Shown here: positions 53,401-64,000 of the stretch, piece after piece | How the letters are laid out: every line of letters starts with the position of its first letter | Position numbering within the stretch: the first letter of the stretch is position 1 | Assembly (NCBI RefSeq): GCF_009914755.1 | Contig: NC_060940.1 | Strand: one strand, 5' to 3' | DNA: 64,000 bases | From: the human T2T-CHM13v2.0 reference genome, Homo sapiens | Made by a program: the position numbers and the translations under genes | The notes under the pieces: generated by a model | The model's input: the letters and a program-made list of their open reading frames with translations, nothing else | Told to the model about the DNA's origin: nothing | Database searches by the model: none

Positions 53401-56400
53401 CAGAATCTTTCTCAGAAACTGCTCTGGGATGTGTGCGTTCAACTCACAGAGTTTAACTTTTCTTTTCATTCAGCAGTTTGGAAACACTCTGTTTGGAAAG
53501 TCTGCACGTGGATATTTTGACCTCTTTGAGGCCTTCGTTGGAAACGGGTTTTTTTCATGTAAGGCTAGACAGAAGAAATCTCAGTAACTTCCTTGTGTTG
53601 TGTGTATTCAACTGACAGAGTTGAACCTTCCTTTAGACAGAGCAGATTCGAAACACTCTTTTTCTGCAATTTGCAAGTGGAGACTTCAAGCGCTTTGAGG
53701 CCAAAGGCAGAAAAGGAAATATCTTCGTATAAAAACCCGACAGAATCATTCTCAGAAACTGCTCTGTGATGTGTGCGTTCAACTCACAGAGTTTAACTTT
53801 TCTTTTCATTCAGCAGTTTGGAAACACTCTGTTTGTAAAGTCTGCAAGTGGATATCTTGGCCTCTTAGAGGCCTTCGTTGGAAACGGGTTTTTTCATGTA
53901 AGGTTAGACAGAGGAATTCCCAGTAACTTCCTTGTGTTGTGTGCATTCAACTCACAGAGTTGAATGATTCTTTACACAGAGCAGATTTGAGACACTCTTT
54001 TGGTGGAATTTGTAAGTGGAGAATTCAGCCGCTTTGAGGTCAACGGTAGAAAAGGAAATATCTTCGTATAAAAACTAGACAGAATGATTCTCAGAAACTG
54101 TTTTGTGATGTGTGCGTTCAACTCACAGAGTTTAACCTTTCTTTTCAAAGAGCAGTTAGGAAACACTCTGTTTGTAAAGTCTGCAAGTGGATATTCAGAC
54201 CTCTTTGAGGCCTTCGTTGGAAACGGGATTTCTTCATATTATGCTAGACAGATGAATTCTCAGTAACTTCCTTGTGTTGTGTGTATTCAACTCACAGAGT
54301 TGAACGATCCTTTACACAGAGCAGATTTGAAACACTGTTTTTCTGGAATTTGCAAGTGGAGATTTCAGCCGCTTTGAGGTCAATGGTAGAAAAGGAAATA
54401 TCTTCGTATAAAAACTAGACAGAATGATTCTCAGAAACTCCTTTGTGATGTGTGCGTTCAACTCACAGAGTTTAACCTTTCTTTTCACAGAGCAGTTAGG
54501 AAACACTCTGTTTGTGAAGCCTGCCAGTGGATATTCGGACCTCTTTGAGGCCTTCGTTGGAAACGGGATTTCTTCATATTATGCTAGACAGAAGATTTCT
54601 CAGTAACTTCTTTGTGTTGTGTGTATGCAACTCACAGAGTTCAACCTTCCTTTAGACAGAGCAGATTTGAAACACTCTTTTTGTGGAATTTGCAAGTGGA
54701 GATTTCAAGCGCTTCGATGCCAATGGTAGAAAAGGAAATATCTTCGTATAAAAACAAGACAAACTCGTTCCCAGACACTGCGTAGTGATGTGTGTGTTTA
54801 ACTCACAGAGTTTCACCTTTCTTTTCATACAGCATTCTGGAAACCCTGTGTTTGTAAAGTCTGCAAGTGGATATTTGGACCTCTTAGATGCCTTCGTTGG
54901 AAACGGGATTTCTTCATATAATGCTAGAGGGAAGAATTCTTAGTAACTTCTTTGTGTTGTGTGTATTCAACTGACAGAGTTGAACCTTCCTTTAGACAGA
55001 GCAGATTTGAAAGTCTCTTTTTGTGGAATTTGCAAGTGGAGATTTCAAGCGCTTTGAGGCCAAAAGCAGAAAAGGAAATATTTTCCTATAAAAACTCGAC
55101 AGAATCTTTCTCAGAAACTGCTCTGGGATGTGTGCGTTCAACTCACAGAGTTTAACTTTTCTTTTCATTCAGCAGTTTGGAAACACTCTGTTTGGAAAGT
55201 CTGCACGTGGATATTTTGACCTCTTTGAGGCCTTCGTTGGAAACGGGTTTTTTTCATGTAAGGCTAGACAGAAGAAATCTCAGTAACTTCCTTGTGTTGT
55301 GTGTATTCAACTGACAGAGTTGAACCTTCCTTTAGACAGAGCAGATTCGAAACACTCTTTTTCTGCAATTTGCAAGTGGAGACTTCAAGCGCTTTGAGGC
55401 CAAAGGCAGAAAAGGAAATATCTTCGTATAAAAACCCGACAGAATCATTCTCAGAAACTGCTCTGTGATGTGTGCGTTCAACTCACAGAGTTTAACTTTT
55501 CTTTTCATTCAGCAGTTTGGAAACACTCTGTTTGTAAAGTCTGCAAGTGGATATCTTGGCCTCTTAGAGGCCTTCGTTGGAAACGGGTTTTTTCATGTAA
55601 GGTTAGACAGAGGAATTCCCAGTAACTTCCTTGTGTTGTGTGCATTCAACTCACAGAGTTGAATGATTCTTTACACAGAGCAGATTTGAGACACTCTTTT
55701 GGTGGAATTTGTAAGTGGAGAATTCAGCTGCTTTGAGGTCAACGGTAGAAAAGGAAATATCTTCGTATAAAAACTAGACAGAATGATTCTCAGAAACTGT
55801 TTTGTGATGTGTGCGTTCAACTCACAGAGTTTAACCTTTCTTTTCAAAGAGCAGTTAGGAAACACTCTGTTTGTAAAGTCTGCAAGTGGATATTCAGACC
55901 TCTTTGAGGCCTTCGTTGGAAACGGGATTTCTTCATATTATGCTAGACAGATGAATTCTCAGTAACTTCCTTGTGTTGTGTGTATTCAACTCACAGAGTT
56001 GAACGATCCTTTACACAGAGCAGATTTGAAACACTGTTTTTCTGGAATTTGCAAGTGGAGATTTCAGCCGCTTTGAGGTCAATGGTAGAAAAGGAAATAT
56101 CTTCGTATAAAAACTAGACAGAATGATTCTCAGAAACTCCTTTGTGATGTGTGCGTTCAACTCACAGAGTTTAACCTTTCTTTTCACAGAGCAGTTAGGA
56201 AACACTCTGTTTGTGAAGCCTGCCAGTGGATATTCGGACCTCTTTGAGGCCTTCGTTGGAAACGGGATTTCTTCATATTATGCTATTCAGAAGATTTCTC
56301 AGTAACTTCTTTGTGTTGTGTGTATGCAACTCACAGAGTTCAACCTTCCTTTAGACAGAGCAGATTTGAAACACTCTTTTTGTGGAATTTGCAAGTGGAG

Positions 56401-57163
56401 ATTTCAAGCGCTTCGATGCCAATGGTAGAAAAGGAAATATCTTCGTATAAAAACAAGACAAACTCGTTCCCAGACACTGCGTAGTGATGTGTGTGTTTAA
56501 CTCACAGAGTTTCACCTTTCTTTTCATACAGCATTCTGGAAACCCTGTGTTTGTAAAGTCTGCAAGTGGATATTTGGACCTCTTAGATGCCTTCGTTGGA
56601 AACGGGATTTCTTCATATAATGCTAGAGGGAAGAATTCTTAGTAACTTCTTTGTGTTGTGTGTATTCAACTGACAGAGTTGAACCTTCCTTTAGACAGAG
56701 CAGATTTGAAAGTCTCTTTTTGTGGAATTTGCAAGTGGAGATTTCAAGCGCTTTGAGGCCAAAAGCAGAAAAGGAAATATTTTCCTATAAAAACTCGACA
56801 GAATCTTTCTCAGAAACTGCTCTGGGATGTGTGCGTTCAACTCACAGAGTTTAACTTTTCTTTTCATTCAGCAGTTTGGAAACACTCTGTTTGGAAAGTC
56901 TGCACGTGGATATTTTGACCTCTTTGAGGCCTTCGTTGGAAACGGGTTTTTTTCATGTAAGGCTAGACAGAAGAAATCTCAGTAACTTCCTTGTGTTGTG
57001 TGTATTCAACTGACAGAGTTGAACCTTCCTTTAGACAGAGCAGATTCGAAACACTCTTTTTCTGCAATTTGCAAGTGGAGACTTCAAGCGCTTTGAGGCC
57101 AAAGGCAGAAAAGGAAATATCTTCGTATAAAAACCCGACAGAATCATTCTCAGAAACTGCTCT

Positions 57164-58522
57164 GTGATGTGTGCGTTCAACTCACAGAGTTTAACTTTTC
57201 TTTTCATTCAGCAGTTTGGAAACACTCTGTTTGTAAAGTCTGCAAGTGGATATCTTGGCCTCTTAGAGGCCTTCGTTGGAAACGGGTTTTTTCATGTAAG
57301 GTTAGACAGAGGAATTCCCAGTAACTTCCTTGTGTTGTGTGTATTCAACTCACAGAGTTGAACGATCCTTTACACAGAGCAGATTTGAAACACTGTTTTT
57401 CTGGAATTTGCAAGTGGAGATTTCAGCCGCTTTGAGGTCAATGGTAGAAAAGGAAATATCTTCGTATAAAAACTAGACAGAATGATTCTCAGAAACTCCT
57501 TTGTGATGTGTGCGTTCAACTCACAGAGTTTAACCTTTCTTTTCACAGAGCAGTTAGGAAACACTCTGTTTGTGAAGCCTGCCAGTGGATATTCGGACCT
57601 CTTTGAGGCCTTCGTTGGAAACGGGATTTCTTCATATTATGCTAGACAGAAGATTTCTCAGTAACTTCTTTGTGTTGTGTGTATGCAACTCACAGAGTTC
57701 AACCTTCCTTTAGACAGAGCAGATTTGAAACACTCTTTTTGTGGAATTTGCAAGTGGAGATTTCAAGCGCTTCGATGCCAATGGTAGAAAAGGAAATATC
57801 TTCGTATAAAAACAAGACAAACTCGTTCCCAGACACTGCGTAGTGATGTGTGTGTTTAACTCACAGAGTTTCACCTTTCTTTTCATACAGCATTCTGGAA
57901 ACCCTGTGTTTGTAAAGTCTGCAAGTGGATATTTGGACCTCTTAGATGCCTTCGTTGGAAACGGGATTTCTTCATATAATGCTAGAGGGAAGAATTCTTA
58001 GTAACTTCTTTGTGTTGTGTGTATTCAACTGACAGAGTTGAACCTTCCTTTAGACAGAGCAGATTTGAAAGTCTCTTTTTGTGGAATTTGCAAGTGGAGA
58101 TTTCAAGCGCTTTGAGGCCAAAAGCAGAAAAGGAAATATTTTCCTATAAAAACTCGACAGAATCTTTCTCAGAAACTGCTCTGGGATGTGTGCGTTCAAC
58201 TCACAGAGTTTAACTTTTCTTTTCATTCAGCAGTTTGGAAACACTCTGTTTGGAAAGTCTGCACGTGGATATTTTGACCTCTTTGAGGCCTTCGTTGGAA
58301 ACGGGTTTTTTTCATGTAAGGCTAGACAGAAGAAATCTCAGTAACTTCCTTGTGTTGTGTGTATTCAACTGACAGAGTTGAACCTTCCTTTAGACAGAGC
58401 AGATTCGAAACACTCTTTTTCTGCAATTTGCAAGTGGAGACTTCAAGCGCTTTGAGGCCAAAGGCAGAAAAGGAAATATCTTCGTATAAAAACCCGACAG
58501 AATCATTCTCAGAAACTGCTCT
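57164..58522 (+). repeat. 8-mer HOR structural variant (1359 bp), no. 3
   Basis: Period is 1359. GAGGAATTCCCAG is joined to GTGTATTCAACTCACAGAGTTGAACGATCC, with the crossover in 57319-57341. Confidence 0.93.
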
Positions 58523-61500
58523 GTGATGTGTGCGTTCAACTCACAGAGTTTAACTTTTCTTTTCATTCAGCAGTTTGGAAACACTCTGTTTGTAAAGTCT
58601 GCAAGTGGATATCTTGGCCTCTTAGAGGCCTTCGTTGGAAACGGGTTTTTTCATGTAAGGTTAGACAGAGGAATTCCCAGTAACTTCCTTGTGTTGTGTG
58701 CATTCAACTCACAGAGTTGAATGATTCTTTACACAGAGCAGATTTGAGACACTCTTTGGGTGGAATTTGTAAGTGGAGAATTCAGCCGCTTTGAGGTCAA
58801 CGGTAGAAAAGGAAATATCTTCGTATAAAAACTAGACAGAATGATTCTCAGAAACTGTTTTGTGATGTGTGCGTTCAACTCACAGAGTTTAACCTTTCTT
58901 TTCAAAGAGCAGTTAGGAAACACTCTGTTTGTAAAGTCTGCAAGTGGATATTCAGACCTCTTTGAGGCCTTCGTTGGAAACGGGATTTCTTCATATTATG
59001 CTAGACAGATGAATTCTCAGTAACTTCCTTGTGTTGTGTGTATTCAACTCACAGAGTTGAACGATCCTTTACACAGAGCAGATTTGAAACACTGTTTTTC
59101 TGGAATTTGCAAGTGGAGATTTCAGCCGCTTTGAGGTCAATGGTAGAAAAGGAAATATCTTCGTATAAAAACTAGACAGAATGATTCTCAGAAACTCCTT
59201 TGTGATGTGTGCGTTCAACTCACAGAGTTTAACCTTTCTTTTCACAGAGCAGTTAGGAAACACTCTGTTTGTGAAGCCTGCCAGTGGATATTCGGACCTC
59301 TTTGAGGCCTTCGTTGGAAACGGGATTTCTTCATATTATGCTAGACAGAAGATTTCTCAGTAACTTCTTTGTGTTGTGTGTATGCAACTCACAGAGTTCA
59401 ACCTTCCTTTAGACAGAGCAGATTTGAAACACTCTTTTTGTGGAATTTGCAAGTGGAGATTTCAAGCGCTTCGATGCCAATGGTAGAAAAGGAAATATCT
59501 TCGTATAAAAACAAGACAAACTCGTTCCCAGACACTGCGTAGTGATGTGTGTGTTTAACTCACAGAGTTTCACCTTTCTTTTCATACAGCATTCTGGAAA
59601 CCGTGTGTTTGTAAAGTCTGCAAGTGGATATTTGGACCTCTTAGATGCCTTCGTTGGAAACGGGATTTCTTCATATAATGCTAGAGGGAAGAATTCTTAG
59701 TAACTTCTTTGTGTTGTGTGTATTCAACTGACAGAGTTGAACCTTCCTTTAGACAGAGCAGATTTGAAAGTCTCTTTTTGTGGAATTTGCAAGTGGAGAT
59801 TTCAAGCGCTTTGAGGCCGAAAGCAGAAAAGGAAATATTTTCCTATAAAAACTCGACAGAATCTTTCTCAGAAACTGCTCTGGGATGTGTGCGTTCAACT
59901 CACAGAGTTTAACTTTTCTTTTCATTCAGCAGTTTGGAAACACTCTGTTTGGAAAGTCTGCACGTGGATATTTTGACCTCTTTGAGGCCTTCGTTGGAAA
60001 CGGGTTTTTTTCATGTAAGGCTAGACAGAAGAAATCTCAGTAACTTCCTTGTGTTGTGTGTATTCAACTGACAGAGTTGAACCTTCCTTTAGACAGAGCA
60101 GATTCGAAACACTCTTTTTCTGCAATTTGCAAGTGGAGACTTCAAGCGCTTTGAGGCCAAAGGCAGAAAAGGAAATATCTTCGTATAAAAACCCGACAGA
60201 ATCATTCTCAGAAACTGCTCTGTGATGTGTGCGTTCAACTCACAGAGTTTAACTTTTCTTTTCATTCAGCAGTTTGGAAACACTCTGTTTGTAAAGTCTG
60301 CAAGTGGATATCTTGGCCTCTTAGAGGCCTTCGTTGGAAACGGGTTTTTTCATGTAAGGTTAGACAGAGGAATTCCCAGTAACTTCCTTGTGTTGTGTGC
60401 ATTCAACTCACAGAGTTGAATGATTCTTTACACAGAGCAGATTTGAGACACTCTTTTGGTGGAATTTGTAAGTGGAGAATTCAGCCGCTTTGAGGTCAAC
60501 GGTAGAAAAGGAAATATCTTCGTATAAAAACTAGACAGAATGATTCTCAGAAACTGTTTTGTGATGTGTGCGTTCAACTCACAGAGTTTAACCTTTCTTT
60601 TCAAAGAGCAGTTAGGAAACACTCTGTTTGTAAAGTCTGCAAGTGGATATTCAGACCTCTTTGAGGCCTTCGTTGGAAACGGGATTTCTTCATATTATGC
60701 TAGACAGATGAATTCTCAGTAACTTCCTTGTGTTGTGTGTATTCAACTCACAGAGTTGAACGATCCTTTACACAGAGCAGATTTGAAACACTGTTTTTCT
60801 GGAATTTGCAAGTGGAGATTTCAGCCGCTTTGAGGTCAATGGTAGAAAAGGAAATATCTTCGTATAAAAACTAGACAGAATGATTCTCAGAAACTCCTTT
60901 GTGATGTGTGCGTTCAACTCACAGAGTTTAACCTTTCTTTTCACAGAGCAGTTAGGAAACACTCTGTTTGTGAAGCCTGCCAGTGGATATTTGGACCTCT
61001 TTGAGGCCTTCGTTGGAAACGGGATTTCTTCATATTATGCTAGACAGAAGATTTCTCAGTAACTTCTTTGTGTTGTGTGTATGCAACTCACAGAGTTCAA
61101 CCTTCCTTTAGACAGAGCAGATTTGAAACACTCTTTTTGTGGAATTTGCAAGTGGAGATTTCAAGCGCTTCGATGCCAATGGTAGAAAAGGAAATATCTT
61201 CGTATAAAAACAAGACAAACTCGTTCCCAGACACTGCGTAGTGATGTGTGTGTTTAACTCACAGAGTTTCACCTTTCTTTTCATACAGCATTCTGGAAAC
61301 CCTGTGTTTGTAAAGTCTGCAAGTGGATATTTGGACCTCTTAGATGCCTTCGTTGGAAACGGGATTTCTTCATATAATGCTAGAGGGAAGAATTCTTAGT
61401 AACTTCTTTGTGTTGTGTGTATTCAACTGACAGAGTTGAACCTTCCTTTAGACAGAGCAGATTTGAAAGTCTCTTTTTGTGGAATTTGCAAGTGGAGATT

Positions 61501-64000
61501 TCAAGCGCTTTGAGGCCAAAAGCAGAAAAGGAAATATTTTCCTATAAAAACTCGACAGAATCTTTCTCAGAAACTGCTCTGGGATGTGTGCGTTCAACTC
61601 ACAGAGTTTAACTTTTCTTTTCATTCAGCAGTTTGGAAACACTCTGTTTGGAAAGTCTGCACGTGGATATTTTGACCTCTTTGAGGCCTTCGTTGGAAAC
61701 GGGTTTTTTTCATGTAAGGCTAGACAGAAGAAATCTCAGTAACTTCCTTGTGTTGTGTGTATTCAACTGACAGAGTTGAACCTTCCTTTAGACAGAGCAG
61801 ATTCGAAACACTCTTTTTCTGCAATTTGCAAGTGGAGACTTCAAGCGCTTTGAGGCCAAAGGCAGAAAAGGAAATATCTTCGTATAAAAACCCGACAGAA
61901 TCATTCTCAGAAACTGCTCTGTGATGTGTGCGTTCAACTCACAGAGTTTAACTTTTCTTTTCATTCAGCAGTTTGGAAACACTCTGTTTGTAAAGTCTGC
62001 AAGTGGATATCTTGGCCTCTTAGAGGCCTTCGTTGGAAACGGGTTTTTTCATGTAAGGTTAGACAGAGGAATTCCCAGTAACTTCCTTGTGTTGTGTGCA
62101 TTCAACTCACAGAGTTGAATGATTCTTTACACAGAGCAGATTTGAGACACTCTTTTGGTGGAATTTGTAAGTGGAGAATTCAGCCGCTTTGAGGTCAACG
62201 GTAGAAAAGGAAATATCTTCGTATAAAAACTAGACAGAATGATTCTCAGAAACTGTTTTGTGATGTGTGCGTTCAACTCACAGAGTTTAACCTTTCTTTT
62301 CAAAGAGCAGTTAGGAAACACTCTGTTTGTAAAGTCTGCAAGTGGATATTCAGACCTCTTTGAGGCCTTCGTTGGAAACGGGATTTCTTCATATTATGCT
62401 AGACAGATGAATTCTCAGTAACTTCCTTGTGTTGTGTGTATTCAACTCACAGAGTTGAACGATCCTTTACACAGAGCAGATTTGAAACACTGTTTTTCTG
62501 GAATTTGCAAGTGGAGATTTCAGCCGCTTTGAGGTCAATGGTAGAAAAGGAAATATCTTCGTATAAAAACTAGACAGAATGATTCTCAGAAACTCCTTTG
62601 TGATGTGTGCGTTCAACTCACAGAGTTTAACCTTTCTTTTCACAGAGCAGTTAGGAAACACTCTGTTTGTGAAGCCTGCCAGTGGATATTCGGACCTCTT
62701 TGAGGCCTTCGTTGGAAACGGGATTTCTTCATATTATGCTAGACAGAAGATTTCTCAGTAACTTCTTTGTGTTGTGTGTATGCAACTCACAGAGTTCAAC
62801 CTTCCTTTAGACAGAGCAGATTTGAAACACTCTTTTTGTGGAATTTGCAAGTGGAGATTTCAAGCGCTTCGATGCCAATGGTAGAAAAGGAAATATCTTC
62901 GTATAAAAACAAGACAAACTCGTTCCCAGACACTGCGTAGTGATGTGTGTGTTTAACTCACAGAGTTTCACCTTTCTTTTCATACAGCATTCTGGAAACC
63001 GTGTGTTTGTAAAGTCTGCAAGTGGATATTTGGACCTCTTAGATGCCTTCGTTGGAAACGGGATTTCTTCATATAATGCTAGAGGGAAGAATTCTTAGTA
63101 ACTTCTTTGTGTTGTGTGTATTCAACTGACAGAGTTGAACCTTCCTTTAGACAGAGCAGATTTGAAAGTCTCTTTTTGTGGAATTTGCAAGTGGAGATTT
63201 CAAGCGCTTTGAGGCCGAAAGCAGAAAAGGAAATATTTTCCTATAAAAACTCGACAGAATCTTTCTCAGAAACTGCTCTGGGATGTGTGCGTTCAACTCA
63301 CAGAGTTTAACTTTTCTTTTCATTCAGCAGTTTGGAAACACTCTGTTTGGAAAGTCTGCACGTGGATATTTTGACCTCTTTGAGGCCTTCGTTGGAAACG
63401 GGTTTTTTTCATGTAAGGCTAGACAGAAGAAATCTCAGTAACTTCCTTGTGTTGTGTGTATTCAACTGACAGAGTTGAACCTTCCTTTAGACAGAGCAGA
63501 TTCGAAACACTCTTTTTCTGCAATTTGCAAGTGGAGACTTCAAGCGCTTTGAGGCCAAAGGCAGAAAAGGAAATATCTTCGTATAAAAACCCGACAGAAT
63601 CATTCTCAGAAACTGCTCTGTGATGTGTGCGTTCAACTCACAGAGTTTAACTTTTCTTTTCATTCAGCAGTTTGGAAACACTCTGTTTGTAAAGTCTGCA
63701 AGTGGATATCTTGGCCTCTTAGAGGCCTTCGTTGGAAACGGGTTTTTTCATGTAAGGTTAGACAGAGGAATTCCCAGTAACTTCCTTGTGTTGTGTGCAT
63801 TCAACTCACAGAGTTGAATGATTCTTTACACAGAGCAGATTTGAGACACTCTTTTGGTGGAATTTGTAAGTGGAGAATTCAGCCGCTTTGAGGTCAACGG
63901 TAGAAAAGGAAATATCTTCGTATAAAAACTAGACAGAATGATTCTCAGAAACTGTTTTGTGATGTGTGCGTTCAACTCACAGAGTTTAACCTTTCTTTTC

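Larger units (their letters stand above)
1..64000 (+). repeat. Alpha-satellite higher-order repeat array, 10-mer ~1699 bp HOR of SF1-type dimers; probably human chr16 centromeric D16Z2
   Basis: Alphoid motifs throughout (CATTCTCAGAAACT, TTCAACTCACAGAGTT, GGAAACACTCT, AGAAAAGGAAATATCTT). A CENP-B box recurs every ~340 bp. Equivalent ORF starts recur at 88, 1785, 3482, 5179, 6878 ... 61921, 63620, mostly at 1699 bp spacing, with only a few substitutions between copies. Alpha-satellite identity is near certain. The D16Z2 label rests on unit size and dimer type only. Confidence 0.97.

Noticed and set aside
2020-58758. CTTTGGGTGG shared between units 2/3 and units 32/36
   Set aside because: It is a single substitution at a T/G run boundary with none of the other unit 2/3 private variants linked, which is too weak to claim a relationship.
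36187-60992. Shared GATATTTGGA variant in units 22 and 37 as evidence of long-range exchange
   Set aside because: It is a CpG C>T transition that also matches the neighbouring dimer's sequence, so it can easily recur independently.
88-63817. Numerous 60-67 aa ORFs on both strands (e.g. MMCAFNSQSLTF..., MFPNCSLKRK...)
   Set aside because: They are chance open frames in alphoid monomers that recur with the HOR period, overlap on opposite strands and show no recognisable domain. I used them only as positional markers.
1-64000. CRISPR-like appearance of regularly spaced conserved motifs
   Set aside because: The intervening sequences are themselves repeated rather than unique spacers, the period is 170/340/1699 bp, and no cas genes are present.
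1-64000. Possible transposon insertion, inversion or hidden unique sequence
   Set aside because: Unit lengths sum exactly (31x1699 + 3x1697 + 1695 + 3x1359 = 63532 = 63620-88), leaving no room for an insert. CENP-B boxes stay on the + strand throughout.
1-64000. A previously undescribed biological system
   Set aside because: Everything visible is explained by a known class of centromeric satellite and its turnover. Whether this segment is the CENP-A kinetochore site or is transcribed cannot be read from sequence.

Overview
The whole 64 kb window is one uninterrupted, single-orientation array of primate (very likely human) centromeric alpha-satellite. It consists of ~170 bp monomers arranged as alternating CENP-B-box and non-box monomers (a ~340 bp dimer, suprachromosomal family 1 style) that build a 10-monomer, 1699 bp higher-order repeat (HOR). 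A 1.7 kb SF1 10-mer best fits the chromosome 16 live array D16Z2, an assignment made from recalled knowledge and not from a search. Using an arbitrary phase starting at 88, there are 38 complete HOR copies (31 x 1699 bp, 3 x 1697 bp, 1 x 1695 bp, 3 x 1359 bp 8-mers) plus partial ends. I see no genes, transposons, inversions or CRISPR, and all supplied ORFs are by-products of the repeat. I find no new protein-coding system. The noteworthy signal is array micro-evolution: three 8-mer deletions with different breakpoints in the same dimer pair, multi-HOR tandem duplications (one with an 8-mer at its apparent junction), spatially layered HOR haplotypes, an indel-prone site, and CENP-B box variants that almost all spare the essential bases.
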